Shown one piece after another: positions 39,617-50,483 of a DNA stretch of 64,000 nt. The notes beneath the pieces were generated by a model. The model did not search any database and had not been told where the DNA came from. It saw nothing but the letters and a program-made list of their open reading frames with translations. The position numbers and the translations under genes were made by a program. Where the stretch lies: assembly GCF_000027125.1 (NCBI RefSeq), contig NC_017626.1. One strand, 5' to 3'. The stretch is from Escherichia coli 042 (GTDB lineage: Bacteria; Pseudomonadota; Gammaproteobacteria; Enterobacterales; Enterobacteriaceae). The stretch's first letter is position 1; every line of letters starts with the position of its first letter.

Positions 39617-40390
39617 TTATTTCAGCGAACCTTTAAGGAACTGTTGCAGACGAGGACTTTGCGGGTTACCGAATAACTGTTCTGGCGCGCCCTCTTCTTC
39701 TATTTTCCCCTGATGGAGGAAAATGACGTGAGTAGAAACATGGCGAGCAAAGCCCATTTCGTGGGTCACCACCACCATGGTTTTCCCCTCTTCTGCCAGT
39801 TGCTGCATAATACGCAACACTTCGCCTACCAGTTCAGGATCGAGCGCCGAGGTAGGTTCATCAAACAGTAAAACTTCCGGTTCCATCGCCAGCGCCCGCG
39901 CGATAGAAACACGCTGTTGCTGACCACCGGACAGGTGCACCGGGTATTTCCCCTGCGCACGTTCGTCTATCCCGACTTTCGCCAGATACTTCACCGCCCG
40001 CTCGCGCGCTTCCTGCTTGCTCAGGCCCAACACCTGAATCGGCGCTTCCATGACGTTTTCCAGCACCGTCATATGGCTCCAGAGATTGAAGTGCTGGAAT
40101 ACCATCGTCAGGCGTGTGCGCAGTAAGCGCAGCTGATTTTTATCGGCGACTTTGAGTTGACCATCTTTGTCGCGCACCAGATTGATCGTCTGGCCATTGA
40201 CCACGATCGACCCTTCACTCGGTTTTTCGAGGAAGTTAATGCAGCGCAGAAAGGTACTTTTCCCCGATCCCGACGATCCGATGATGCTTATGACATCTCC
40301 GGCATTCGCTTGCAGTGAGACCCCTTTCAGCACTTCGTGTTCGCCGTAGCGTTTGTGCAAATCGATAACGTTTAATTTATTCTCGGACAT
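39617..40390 (-). CDS. hisP: Histidine/basic amino acid ABC transporter ATP-binding protein
   Basis: 257-aa ORF; Walker [13 protein letters not shown] signature LSGGQQQR, Walker [12 protein letters not shown]. Confidence 0.96.
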   Translation of the reverse strand: MSENKLNVIDLHKRYGEHEVLKGVSLQANAGDVISIIGSSGSGKSTFLRCINFLEKPSEGSIVVNGQTINLVRDKDGQLKVADKNQLRLLRTRLTMVFQHFNLWSHMTVLENVMEAPIQVLGLSKQEARERAVKYLAKVGIDERAQGKYPVHLSGGQQQRVSIARALAMEPEVLLFDEPTSALDPELVGEVLRIMQQLAEEGKTMVVVTHEMGFARHVSTHVIFLHQGKIEEEGAPEQLFGNPQSPRLQQFLKGSLK

Positions 40391-40630
40391 CGTATTCTCA
40401 GTGCGTTGAAGAAGGTTTCACATGCTGCAACCAGCGTTTTTCCGCTCTGCGAAAGAGGCTGATCAGGACATAAGAGACCCCTTTCAGCACTTCGTGTTCG
40501 CCGTAGCGTTTGTGCAAATCGATAACGTTTAATTTATTCTCGGACATCGTATTCTCAGTGCGTTGAAGAAGGTTTCACATGCTGCAACCAGCGTTTTTCC
40601 GCTCTGCGAAAGAGGCTGATCAGGACATAA
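40317..40630. repeat. Perfect 157-bp direct tandem duplication (2 copies: 40317..40473 and 40474..40630) spanning the hisM 3-prime end / hisP 5-prime end
   Basis: Character-by-character comparison shows both copies identical; the 4 nt after copy 2 (gaga) equal the first 4 nt of the unit (junction microhomology). Confidence 0.95.
40398..40547 (-). CDS. Chimeric micro-ORF created by the duplication: first 24 codons of hisP fused in frame to the last 24 codons of hisM (49 aa)
   Basis: Manual translation from the duplicated hisP start (40545..40547): [49 protein letters not shown]-stop; carries the duplicated native hisP ribosome-binding context. Expression unproven. Confidence 0.45.
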   Translation of the reverse strand: MSENKLNVIDLHKRYGEHEVLKGVSYVLISLFRRAEKRWLQHVKPSSTH

Positions 40631-41271
40631 GAGATGATTAAATAGAGCACCGCGGCAATGCCGAAGGCGGTAAAAGGTTGATACGTGGCGGCGTTAATAT
40701 CGCGGGCTATTTTCAGCAGATCCGGCACCGTGGCCGTAAACGCCAGCGCAGTAGAGTGCAGCATCAGGATCACTTCGTTGCTGTATGCCGGTAACGCAAT
40801 ACGCAGCGCAGAAGGCAAAATAATGCAGCGATACATTTTAAAGGTCGAGAAGCCATAGGCTCTGGCGGCTTCGATTTCCCCATGCGGCACTGAACGGATC
40901 GCTCCGGCAAAAATCTCGGTAGTGTAAGCGCAGGTGTTGAGCGTCAGCGCCAGCACGGTACAGTTCAGGCCACTGCGAAAAAAGGCGTTAAGGAACTCGG
41001 TTCCCTTAACAATTTCCAGCGTGTACATGCCGGAATAGAACACCAGCAACTGAACATACAGCGGCGTACCGCGAAAAATATACGTAAATAACCAGATTGG
41101 AAACTGGATGTATTTATTACTTGAGACGCGACCAATCGCCAGAAACAGCGCCATGACTCCGCCTATCACTACCGACAAAATCAGCAGCCACAGGGTGATC
41201 GCCACGCCAGTAAAGCGATAACCGTCGGTCCACAGCAGTGGTTTCCAGTATTCATGTAAGATTTCGATCAC
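40555..41271 (-). CDS. hisM: Histidine ABC transporter permease
   Basis: 238-aa ORF; polytopic permease; start overlaps hisQ stop. Confidence 0.96.
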   Translation of the reverse strand: MIEILHEYWKPLLWTDGYRFTGVAITLWLLILSVVIGGVMALFLAIGRVSSNKYIQFPIWLFTYIFRGTPLYVQLLVFYSGMYTLEIVKGTEFLNAFFRSGLNCTVLALTLNTCAYTTEIFAGAIRSVPHGEIEAARAYGFSTFKMYRCIILPSALRIALPAYSNEVILMLHSTALAFTATVPDLLKIARDINAATYQPFTAFGIAAVLYLIISYVLISLFRRAEKRWLQHVKPSSTH

Positions 41272-41954
41272 AGGTCAGCCCTCTTCACACCCACGGAGTA
41301 GCGGCGCTCAAGGAACAGCAGCACACCATTGGAAACGGTGGTGAAAACCAGGTAAATCACGCCACAAACGATGGCGAAATAGAACGGTTCCCAGGTACTT
41401 TTGCCTGCCAGTTGGGTGGCTTTGACCACATCTTCCAGGCCAAGTAACGAAACCAGAGCGGTAGATTTGAGGATCACCTGCCAGTTGTTGCCAATGCCTG
41501 GCAGGGCGTAACGCATCATCGCCGGAAACATGATCCGCCGAAACACTTGCCCACGAGTAAAACCGAACGCCGTCGCCGCCTCTATATGCCCTTTCGGCAC
41601 AGCCATAAACGCGCCACGGAACGTTTCGGTAAAGTAAGCACCGTAGATAAAACCGAGAGTAATAATACCTGCGACCATCGGATCAATATCAATCTGCCCG
41701 ACGCCCATCGCCTCCGTCACCGTGTTTAGTGCAATCTGCAAACCGTAGAAAATCAGCAGCATCAACACCAAGTCCGGCACGCCACGAATCAGCGTGGTGT
41801 AGCCTTCGAAAATCAGCCCCGAAAGCCGATTTTGCGAGAGCTTACCGCCAGCGCCAATTAAACCGATGATTACAGCGAGCACTACAGAGCTGATAGCCAG
41901 CTCCAGCGTGACGAGCGCACCCTGTAAAATAACACCTGAAAACCCATACAACAT
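41268..41954 (-). CDS. hisQ: Histidine ABC transporter permease
   Basis: 228-aa ORF; ABC permease. Confidence 0.96.
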   Translation of the reverse strand: MLYGFSGVILQGALVTLELAISSVVLAVIIGLIGAGGKLSQNRLSGLIFEGYTTLIRGVPDLVLMLLIFYGLQIALNTVTEAMGVGQIDIDPMVAGIITLGFIYGAYFTETFRGAFMAVPKGHIEAATAFGFTRGQVFRRIMFPAMMRYALPGIGNNWQVILKSTALVSLLGLEDVVKATQLAGKSTWEPFYFAIVCGVIYLVFTTVSNGVLLFLERRYSVGVKRADL

Positions 41955-41995
41955 GCAGCCTGTCCTGTCGTGTGTGGTGAATTACCGCCTCTTGT

Positions 41996-42019
41996 CTCCC
42001 TCCGGTTACCTGAAGGGAG
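41996..42019 (-). other. Intercistronic stem-loop between hisJ and hisQ (ctccct-N12-agggag)
   Basis: Inverted repeat read from sequence in the 89-bp hisJ-hisQ gap; analogous intercistronic hairpins in the his transport operon are described as mRNA-stabilising elements. Confidence 0.5.
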
Positions 42020-42043
42020 CGGGCTTTCTTTCACCGATGGCGA

Positions 42044-42826
42044 TTAACCACCATAAACATCAAAATCGAAGTACTTTTTCGCTAATTTCTCGTAAGTACC
42101 GTCAGCGCGCATTTCGGCAAAGGCTTTGTTCAGTGCCTCGCGCAGTTCGTTATCTTCTTTACGCAGGCCCATGCCGGTCCCTACGCCAAACAGTTTTTCA
42201 TCTTTAACAGACGGGCCACCGAATTTGTAATCTTTACCGACTGGCTGCTTGAGGAAACCTTCGCTGGCAGCGACCTCATCCTGGAACGCGGCATCAATAC
42301 GTCCGGCAGTCAGGTCAGAATAAATGTTGTCCTGCCCCTGATACGAGACGATTTCAATGCCTTTTGGTGCCCAGTGTTCGTTACCGAACGTCTCCTGGGT
42401 GGTGCCCTGCAATACGCCTACCCGCTTGCCTTTCAGCGACTCGACTGTCGGCTGAATGTCGGAATTTTTCGCCACCACCAGACGAGAATCGGCAGCGTAC
42501 AGTTTGTCGGTGAAGGCAATTTCTTGCTGACGTTTTTCCGTAATGGAAAGCGATGACATGATGGCGTCAATCTTCTTCGCTTTTAAGGACGGGATTAACG
42601 CATCCAGTGGGTTTTCGACAAACGTACATTGCGTATTGATGCGTTTGCACAACTCCTTCGCCAGATCGATATCGAAGCCAACCAGTTCGCCTTGTGAATT
42701 TTTTGATTCAAATGGCGCATAGGTCGGATCGGTACCGATGCGGATGTTTTGCGGAATCGCAGCAAACGCCGCAGTTGCGCTGGAGAAGGCCAGAACCAGA
42801 GAGAGTGATAGCACCAGTTTTTTCAT
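42044..42826 (-). CDS. hisJ: Histidine-binding periplasmic protein
   Basis: 260-aa ORF with signal peptide ([22 protein letters not shown]); about 70 percent identical to adjacent argT. Confidence 0.96.
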   Translation of the reverse strand: MKKLVLSLSLVLAFSSATAAFAAIPQNIRIGTDPTYAPFESKNSQGELVGFDIDLAKELCKRINTQCTFVENPLDALIPSLKAKKIDAIMSSLSITEKRQQEIAFTDKLYAADSRLVVAKNSDIQPTVESLKGKRVGVLQGTTQETFGNEHWAPKGIEIVSYQGQDNIYSDLTAGRIDAAFQDEVAASEGFLKQPVGKDYKFGGPSVKDEKLFGVGTGMGLRKEDNELREALNKAFAEMRADGTYEKLAKKYFDFDVYGG

Positions 42827-43046
42827 AATGTCCTCAACTGACAGTCTTTTTATAGGGAATATTTACAGGTTTGTTACACTTATCGTGCCATAAAATTGAC
42901 CATCAAGGCAAAATATCCCGCCCCGTTAGACGTATTATTTTTCATTAAAAATGCTTAAGTATGCATTTCAATGCACCACGATAGTGCAACAAACCTGGCG
43001 TGCACCATGATGATCATTCCATCAGGTACAGTTTCCCTGCGACGTA

Positions 43047-43829
43047 TCAGTCACCGTAGACATTAAAGTCGAAATACTTTTTCGCCATCTTGTCGTAGGT
43101 ACCGTCCTGACGCAGCTCGCCAAGCGCCTTATTAAACGCCGCCGTCAGTTCAGCATCATCTTTACGTAGCCCTACACCGGTACCGTCACCGAAGTATTTT
43201 TTGTCTTTCACTGATGAGCCAGCAAAGGCGAACTCTTTACCAGCAGGTTGCTTGAGGAATCCTTCGCTGGCCGCCACTTCATCCTGCAGTGCGGCATCCA
43301 GACGTCCTGCAGCCAGATCGGAATAGACCAAATCCTGGTTGGCATAGGCCACCACATCCACGCCTTTGCTACGCCAGGTCTCGTTAGCGTAAGCTTCCTG
43401 GGTTGATCCCTGCAGCACACCCACATGTTTACCTTTCAGTGAATCCAGCGTTGGCTGAATCGGCGAACCTTTGGCGGCAATCAAACGAGAATCTGCGGCG
43501 TACAGCTTGTCGGAGAAGGCAATCTCCTGCTGACGTTTATCGGTAATGGAAAGCGACGAAATAATGGCGTCGATTTTTTTCGCTTTCAGTGAGGGGATCA
43601 GCGCGTCAAAGTCACTGGCAACCCAGGTACATTTCACCTGCATCCGTTTGCACATCTCGTTACCCAGATCGATATCAAAGCCAACAAAGTCACCTTTGGC
43701 ATCTTTCGATGAGAACGGCGCATAGGTGGTATCGGTTCCGATACGTACCGTCTCCGGTAGCGCCGCATAGCTGGAAGCCGCTGCGGAGAGACCGACTAAC
43801 AAAGACAGAGCGAGAATCGACTTCTTCAT
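43047..43829 (-). CDS. argT: Lysine/arginine/ornithine-binding periplasmic protein
   Basis: 260-aa ORF with signal peptide; tandem paralogue of hisJ. Confidence 0.96.
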   Translation of the reverse strand: MKKSILALSLLVGLSAAASSYAALPETVRIGTDTTYAPFSSKDAKGDFVGFDIDLGNEMCKRMQVKCTWVASDFDALIPSLKAKKIDAIISSLSITDKRQQEIAFSDKLYAADSRLIAAKGSPIQPTLDSLKGKHVGVLQGSTQEAYANETWRSKGVDVVAYANQDLVYSDLAAGRLDAALQDEVAASEGFLKQPAGKEFAFAGSSVKDKKYFGDGTGVGLRKDDAELTAAFNKALGELRQDGTYDKMAKKYFDFNVYGD

Positions 43830-44059
43830 ACATAACCCTCAAGTGAAAATGGCTTTTTTATGTTGTGTATTGTGTTGTGTGTTTGCAGGCTCTTTCATGC
43901 AGGTCTTATGCCATCTTGCCGACAGCAGTAACATTCAACGTTAAATATGTTAATAAGACGTTGTATTATTGTCCTGAAATTGAAGATAGCAGGTATGGCG
44001 GTTGAATCGCAGCGTTTCGATTCATAGAAAGGAACAAAATGTCGAGGATTTGATCGCGG

Positions 44060-44090
44060 TTGCAAAATTGCCCTGAAACAGGGCAACAGC
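44060..44090 (-). terminator. Rho-independent terminator downstream of ubiX
   Basis: Perfect 8-bp stem ttgccctg/cagggcaa with aaa loop (44068..44086); on the minus strand it is followed by TTTTGCAA. Confidence 0.7.
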
Positions 44091-44094
44091 GGAG

Positions 44095-44664
44095 TTATGC
44101 GCCCTGCCAGCGGGCAAAGAGATCTTCAGGAAGGGTTATCGTAAACTGGTCAAGAACACGATTAACCGTCTGATTTATCACATCATCAAGCGACTGCGGG
44201 CGATGATAAAACGCCGGAACGGGAGGCATAATCACTGCACCGATTTCTGCCGCCTGGGTCATTAAACGCAGATGGCCTAAGTGCAATGGTGTTTCACGCA
44301 CGCAGAGCACCAGCGGGCGACGCTCTTTCAGCACAACATCTGCCGCACGGGTCAGTAAACCATCAGTATAGCTATGGACAATGCCGGACAGGGTTTTGAT
44401 TGAACAGGGTAAAATCACCATCCCCAGCGTCTGGAAAGAACCAGAAGAGATGCTGGCAGCAATATCGCGCGCATCATGCGTGACATCGGCTAATGCCTGC
44501 ACTTCGCGCAGGGAAAAATCCGTTTCAAGAGATAAGGTCTGGCGCGCTGCCTGGCTCATCACCAGATGCGTTTCAACATCTGCGACATCGCGCAGAACCT
44601 GTAATAAGCGCACGCCATAAATCGCGCCGCTGGCACCGCTGATGCCTACAATAAGTCGTTTCAT
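44095..44664 (-). CDS. ubiX: Flavin prenyltransferase UbiX
   Basis: 189-aa ORF; flavoprotein fold (LIVGISGASGAIYG). Confidence 0.95.
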   Translation of the reverse strand: MKRLIVGISGASGAIYGVRLLQVLRDVADVETHLVMSQAARQTLSLETDFSLREVQALADVTHDARDIAASISSGSFQTLGMVILPCSIKTLSGIVHSYTDGLLTRAADVVLKERRPLVLCVRETPLHLGHLRLMTQAAEIGAVIMPPVPAFYHRPQSLDDVINQTVNRVLDQFTITLPEDLFARWQGA

Positions 44665-44758
44665 AAATAGTTGCCCTGTCAGACTTGCTGGCAGACTTTG
44701 CAGGATTTCGGCAGGAGTTGCAAGTCAGGGTGCCAGACCGGCACCCTGAGCGAAGGCA

Positions 44759-46276
44759 TCATCCTTCGTTATGCATTTCGAGATTTTCCACTTCGTTCTG
44801 ACGTTGCACTGCTTTGGCGTCGTCATTACGTAAAGTATCGAGGAAATCGAGGTAGCCCTGATCAACATCTTTGGTGACGTAGACGCCGTTGAACACCGAG
44901 CATTCAAACTGCTGGATATCCGGGTTTTCAGCGCGAACGGCTTCGATCAGATCGTTCAGATCCTGGAAAATCAACCCGTCAGCACCGATGATCTGGCGAA
45001 TTTCATCTACTTCGCGACCGTGAGCAATCAGTTCCGTGGCGCTCGGCATATCAATACCATAAACGTTCGGGAAGCGAATTTCCGGTGCCGCCGAGGCGAG
45101 GTACACTTTCTTCGCTCCGGCTTCGCGTGCCATCTCGATAATCTGCTCAGAAGTGGTGCCACGGACGATGGAGTCGTCGACCAGCAGAACGTTTTTATCG
45201 CGGAACTCGGCGCGGTTGGCGTTCAGTTTACGGCGCACGGACTTACGACGCAGCTGCTGACCCGGCATGATGAAGGTGCGGCCAACATAGCGGTTTTTAA
45301 CGAAGCCCTGACGGTACGGTTTGCCCAGAATACGCGCGATTTCCAGCGCGATATCACAAGAGGTTTCCGGGATCGGAATCACCACGTCGATATCCAGATC
45401 TTCCCATTCGCGGGCAATTTTCTCGCCCAGTTTGGTGCCCATATTCACGCGGGCGCTGTAAACGGAAATTTTGTCGATGAACGAGTCCGGGCGAGCAAAG
45501 TATACATACTCAAACAGGCACGGATTGCTGACCGGATTGTCAGCACATTGACGGGTAAACAACTGCCCTTCTTCAGTGATGTAAATCGCTTCGCCCGGCG
45601 CGACGTCACGCAGGAAATCAAAGCCCAGCGTATCGAGCGCTACGCTTTCGGAAGCGACCATATATTCTGTGCGGTTCTCGTCAATATCACGTTTTCCCAG
45701 TACCAGCGGACGAATCCCGTTTGGATCGCGGAAAGCAACCATACCGTGGCCGATAATCATCGCCACACAGGCATACGCGCCGCGGATTAAGCGGTTTGTA
45801 GCAGCGATGGCGGCGAAAATGTTGTCGGCTTCCAGCGGGTAGTGGCGGAAGTTGTCCAGCTCGCTGGCGAAGATATTAAGCAGAATTTCCGAGTCGGAAG
45901 TGGTGTTGATGTGGCGGCGTTTTTCTTCAAACAGTTTTTTACGCAACTCGTGAGCGTTGGTCAGATTGCCGTTGTGGGCAAGCGTAATGCCATACGGAGA
46001 GTTAACGTAAAACGGCTGCGCTTCAGAGGCGCTGGAGCTACCAGCCGTAGGGTAACGCACATGACCAATGCCCATATTGCCCTGCAAACGCTGCATATGG
46101 CGAGCTTCGAAGACATCGCTCACCAGCCCGTTCGCTTTACGCAAACGGAAGCAGTTATTGGCATCAATGGTGATGATGCCGGCGGCATCCTGACCGCGAT
46201 GCTGAAGCACCGTTAAGGCATCATAAATCGACTGGTTAACCGGCATAACACCGGCGATACCGACAATACCGCACAT
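44759..46276 (-). CDS. purF: Amidophosphoribosyltransferase
   Basis: 505-aa ORF starting MCGIVGI (N-terminal nucleophile Cys); PRPP-binding motif. Confidence 0.97.
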   Translation of the reverse strand: MCGIVGIAGVMPVNQSIYDALTVLQHRGQDAAGIITIDANNCFRLRKANGLVSDVFEARHMQRLQGNMGIGHVRYPTAGSSSASEAQPFYVNSPYGITLAHNGNLTNAHELRKKLFEEKRRHINTTSDSEILLNIFASELDNFRHYPLEADNIFAAIAATNRLIRGAYACVAMIIGHGMVAFRDPNGIRPLVLGKRDIDENRTEYMVASESVALDTLGFDFLRDVAPGEAIYITEEGQLFTRQCADNPVSNPCLFEYVYFARPDSFIDKISVYSARVNMGTKLGEKIAREWEDLDIDVVIPIPETSCDIALEIARILGKPYRQGFVKNRYVGRTFIMPGQQLRRKSVRRKLNANRAEFRDKNVLLVDDSIVRGTTSEQIIEMAREAGAKKVYLASAAPEIRFPNVYGIDMPSATELIAHGREVDEIRQIIGADGLIFQDLNDLIEAVRAENPDIQQFECSVFNGVYVTKDVDQGYLDFLDTLRNDDAKAVQRQNEVENLEMHNEG

Positions 46277-46312
46277 ACGTCTTTTTCCTCGTTAAGCCAC
46301 ATCTCAGAGCAC

Positions 46313-46801
46313 TTACGCTCTGGGCAAGAAACTTGACGAGCTTTGCAGATAATCAAAAAACCATCTGATGATAAAACTGAACTGCGGGATCAGCTGTGAT
46401 TTGCTCCAGTCTTCGCTTTTCGACACCCCGGTAAAGGAGTCGAGAAAGAAGAGAATGGCGGCAACAATCAACACACCGCGCAACGCACCGAAACAGACGC
46501 CCAGCACCCGATCGGTGCCTGACAACCCCGTTTTCTCCACCAGCTGGCCTATCACGAAGTTCACGATAGCACCAACGATCAGGGTAGCGATAAACAGTAC
46601 CGCGATGGCAATCCCATTTCGAACCAGTTCGTCTTCAAAGCCCGTAAACCAGACTGACAGGTAAGTGTAGTAATGACTGGCAACAAAGAAAGCACAACCC
46701 CATGTCACCAGCGATAACGCTTCACGAACAAAGCCGCGGATCAGGCTAACCAGAGAGGAAAAAGCAATCACCGCGATTATGGCGTAATCAATCCAGACCA
46801 T
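46313..46801 (-). CDS. cvpA: Colicin V production membrane protein CvpA
   Basis: 162-aa hydrophobic ORF upstream of purF. Confidence 0.93.
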   Translation of the reverse strand: MVWIDYAIIAVIAFSSLVSLIRGFVREALSLVTWGCAFFVASHYYTYLSVWFTGFEDELVRNGIAIAVLFIATLIVGAIVNFVIGQLVEKTGLSGTDRVLGVCFGALRGVLIVAAILFFLDSFTGVSKSEDWSKSQLIPQFSFIIRWFFDYLQSSSSFLPRA

Positions 46802-46857
46802 ATGTGTCCCACGATTTTACGCCCTGTCATCCTGTTCGGGGCGCATTCTAACAGAAA

Positions 46858-46875
46858 AAGAAAACGTTTGCGTAG
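46858..46875 (-). promoter_or_regulatory. PurR operator (PUR box) upstream of cvpA-purF
   Basis: Minus-strand sequence ACGCAAACGTTTTCTT matches the 16-bp palindromic PurR box consensus; lies 57-74 bp upstream of the cvpA start. Confidence 0.8.
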
Positions 46876-46965
46876 GGATTTCCTTCCCACGCATCAATAA
46901 AAATGGCGCTGAAAAAATATTCAACGCCATCGACTTTTTATGCCTTTGCGGCATCGTGCAATGCG

Positions 46966-47416
<451 letters not shown>

Positions 47417-47423
47417 GACCGTA

Positions 47424-48086
47424 TTAATTCGGCGTATAGCCCATTACCACGCCACTTAAGCCAGAAAGCTGCTTGAGCTCACTCAGCGATCCTTTCAGTT
47501 TCTCTTTGGAAGCATCAGGCCCAACCAGAATACGGGTAATTTTACCCTGCACTGGCGTGGATGGCGACGTATAAACCCGATAACCGGCACCGCGCAGCTT
47601 ACCGACAATCTCATTCACTTTATCGGCATTTTTCAGCGCGCCCAGTTGCACAACATAGGCTTTACCCGTTGGCGCTGCTTTTTCTTCCATGACCGGCTTC
47701 GGTTCTGGCTTCGGCGCAGGTGGTACTTCAACCTTCGGTTTAGGCGGCTCCACCGGTTTCGGCTTCGGTGGGGCGACCGGTGCAGGTTCCGGTTCAAACT
47801 CGGTGTTATTGGCTGCAATAGTGGCCGGATCGAGCGACGGTGCTGCGGCATCACCAGCCCGCACCTCTTCCGCTGCGCCTTCCGGCGGCTGCGTCGGCAG
47901 CGCCTGGGTGGCGGCTGGCATCATATCAGGCTCATCGCGATCGCCCGCTTTTGGCACCAGCGGGATAGCCGCGAACTCATCCTGATAATGTTTTTTCTGC
48001 CCGTCCAGCAGCCCTGGAAGTACAATCACCCCCAGCGCCACCAGCACGATCGTGCCCACTAACCGATTCTGAAACTTACTTGCCAC
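47424..48086 (-). CDS. dedD: Cell-division protein DedD (SPOR domain)
   Basis: Six-frame ORF extends to 48104; recognised N-terminus (M)ASKFQNRLVG corresponds to a GTG start at 48086; Pro-rich linker and C-terminal SPOR domain. Confidence 0.85.
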   Translation of the reverse strand: MASKFQNRLVGTIVLVALGVIVLPGLLDGQKKHYQDEFAAIPLVPKAGDRDEPDMMPAATQALPTQPPEGAAEEVRAGDAAAPSLDPATIAANNTEFEPEPAPVAPPKPKPVEPPKPKVEVPPAPKPEPKPVMEEKAAPTGKAYVVQLGALKNADKVNEIVGKLRGAGYRVYTSPSTPVQGKITRILVGPDASKEKLKGSLSELKQLSGLSGVVMGYTPN

Positions 48087-49344
48087 CGCTTCTCCTCGCG
48101 TCAATCACTTCCATGACATGTGCGACCGTGTGGAACGAACCACACACCAGCACGGTATCTTCCGCTTTAGCGTCCGCCATTGCGGCATCCCATGCCTGCG
48201 CAACGCTATCAAATGATTTGCCGTTTCCCAAATGCTCAAGCAGTTGTTCTGCCGTGGCACCGCGCGGCCCTTCCAGTGGCGCACAATACCAGTCATCAAC
48301 CACGCTTTTCAACCAGGCCAGAGTTCCGGCAATATCTTTATCATGTAGCATACCGATAACCGCCAGCACGCGCCCGTTTTTCGGTAGCGCTTTCATACGC
48401 CCGGTGAGATATTCCGCCGCATGTGGATTATGCGCGACATCAAAAATAACGCGTGGCGACTCGCTCACAATCTGGAAACGTCCCGGCAAAATTGCGCTGG
48501 CAATCCCGTCGCGAATGGCATTTTCACTGACCTCCAGCCCGCTGGCACGCAGTGCCGCCAGCGCTGTTGCGGCATTCGGTTGCGGGACAAGCGGCAACGG
48601 CAGATTTTCCAGCGTGCCGTGAGCATCGCTAAACGTCCAGTCATGATCGGTGACGGAATAGTTCCACTCAACGCCCCGACGTTGTAACAGTGCACCTTTC
48701 TCCTGCGCCACATCAGCAATGGTAGAAGGCATTTCCGGCTCACCGACAATTGCCGGTTTTTCGCTGCGGAAGATGCCTGCTTTCTCGCGACCAATACTTT
48801 CGCGATCTGGCCCCAGCCAGTCGGTATGATCCAGCGCAATGCTGGTTACTATCGCGACATCAGCATCGACAATATTGGTTGCGTCCAGACGACCGCCCAG
48901 CCCTACTTCCAGAATCACCACGTCAAGTTGTGCCTGTTTGAACAGCCACAACGCCGACAGCGTACCGTACTCGAAATAGGTCAGGGAAATATCACCGCGT
49001 GCCGATTCAATCTCCGCAAAAGAGGCGGTGTGGGCCGATTCCGGCAATTCCTGGCCCTGCACACGTACGCGCTCGGTATAACGCACCAGATGCGGCGAGC
49101 TGTAGACGCCCACTTTGTACCCTGCCGCCATCAGAATCGACTCCAGCGTACGGCAGGTGGTGCCTTTGCCATTCGTACCCGCAACGGTAAACACAAATGG
49201 CGCTGGTTTCAGAACGCCAAGACGCGCCGCGACCTGGCTCACGCGCTCAAGGCCGAGATCGATAGTTTTACTGTGCAGGTTTTCCAGATAAGAAAGCCAC
49301 GAAGCCAGAGGCGACGCGGCTTGAGGAGTGCGTTTGATAATCAT
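48076..49344 (-). CDS. folC: Dihydrofolate synthase / folylpolyglutamate synthase
   Basis: 422-aa ORF; Mur-ligase-like P-loop (VAGTNGKGTT). Confidence 0.95.
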   Translation of the reverse strand: MIIKRTPQAASPLASWLSYLENLHSKTIDLGLERVSQVAARLGVLKPAPFVFTVAGTNGKGTTCRTLESILMAAGYKVGVYSSPHLVRYTERVRVQGQELPESAHTASFAEIESARGDISLTYFEYGTLSALWLFKQAQLDVVILEVGLGGRLDATNIVDADVAIVTSIALDHTDWLGPDRESIGREKAGIFRSEKPAIVGEPEMPSTIADVAQEKGALLQRRGVEWNYSVTDHDWTFSDAHGTLENLPLPLVPQPNAATALAALRASGLEVSENAIRDGIASAILPGRFQIVSESPRVIFDVAHNPHAAEYLTGRMKALPKNGRVLAVIGMLHDKDIAGTLAWLKSVVDDWYCAPLEGPRGATAEQLLEHLGNGKSFDSVAQAWDAAMADAKAEDTVLVCGSFHTVAHVMEVIDARRSGGK

Positions 49345-49413
49345 GGTATCCGCTGATTCGTTACGGTGAGAATAGCAAAAGGGCAGAGCCAGTGGCCCTG
49401 CCCTTATCAGTTA

Positions 49414-50328
49414 TCAGGCCTCAGGTTCCTGATCAGGTACCGGGGGTACCACTACGCCTTCACGCGGCGCTTCAGGATTCGGCGCTGGCAGATTCATCAA
49501 CTTCGCCAGAATGCTCGCCAGTTTCAGGCGCATTTCCGGACGACGGACGATCATGTCGATGGCGCCTTTCTCGATCAGGAATTCACTGCGCTGGAATCCT
49601 GGCGGCAGTTTTTCGCGAACGGTCTGTTCGATAACACGCGGACCGGCAAAGCCGATTAACGCTTTCGGTTCAGCGATGTTGAGATCGCCCAGCATGGCGA
49701 AACTTGCAGAAACACCGCCCATGGTCGGGTCGGTCAGCACGGAGATGTACGGCAAGCCGCGCTCCTGCATTTTTGCCAGCGCCGCAGAGGTTTTCGCCAT
49801 CTGCATCAGCGACATCAGTGCTTCCTGCATACGTGCGCCACCAGAGGCGGAGAAGCAGATCAGTGGGCAGTTATCTTCCAGCGCCTGCTCAACGGCACGC
49901 ACGAAACGTGCACCTACCACAGACCCCATGGAACCGCCCATAAAGGCGAACTCGAATGCCGCAGCGACAACTGGCATTCCATACAGGGTGCCTTTCATCA
50001 CCACCAGCGCATCTTTTTCGCCGGTTTCTTTCTGCGCAGATGCCAGACGGTCTTTATACTTCTTGGAGTCACGAAACTTCAGCACATCTTTCGGCTCAAG
50101 CTCGCTACCCAGCTCCACAAGGCTTCCTTCATCTAACAGGCTATGCAGGCGATTACGCGCTGTCATACGCATGTGATGGTCACACTTCGGACAGACCTCA
50201 AGATTACGTTCCAGCTCAGCGCGGTATAAAACCTGACCGCAGCTATCACACTTAGTCCACACCCCTTCAGGAATGCTCGCCTTGCGGGTGGGAGTAATGT
50301 TGCTTTTAATTCGTTCAATCCAGCTCAT
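49414..50328 (-). CDS. accD: Acetyl-CoA carboxylase carboxyltransferase beta subunit
   Basis: Six-frame ORF extends to 50412; recognised start [11 protein letters not shown] (304 aa); N-terminal C4 zinc finger (CDSCGQ...CPKCDHH). Confidence 0.93.
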
Positions 50329-50483
50329 TAGGGACCTTTCTGTCTGAACCTGGTTCGATGCCAGTTTTATCTTTGGGGACGCATAATGCCATTTTTGCCC
50401 CCAACAGACCATGAATGTTGCACATTAAAACATAACAGCCCGAAACTTTGGATAAAAAAGTGGTCGAACCGCGGAGTTACTTT

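Noticed and set aside
43830-44059. Sigma-54 (-24 GG / -12 GC) promoter upstream of argT
   Set aside because: Nitrogen-regulated expression of argT is described, so I searched both intergenic regions for TGGCAC-N5-TTGCA on the minus strand, but found no match with correct GG-N10-GC spacing that I can defend.
47633-48062. ORFs 47633..47854 (-), 47646..48062 (+) and 47689..47985 (+) overlapping dedD
   Set aside because: Alternative-frame and antisense readings of the Pro/Ala/Lys-rich low-complexity linker of DedD; compositional artefacts.
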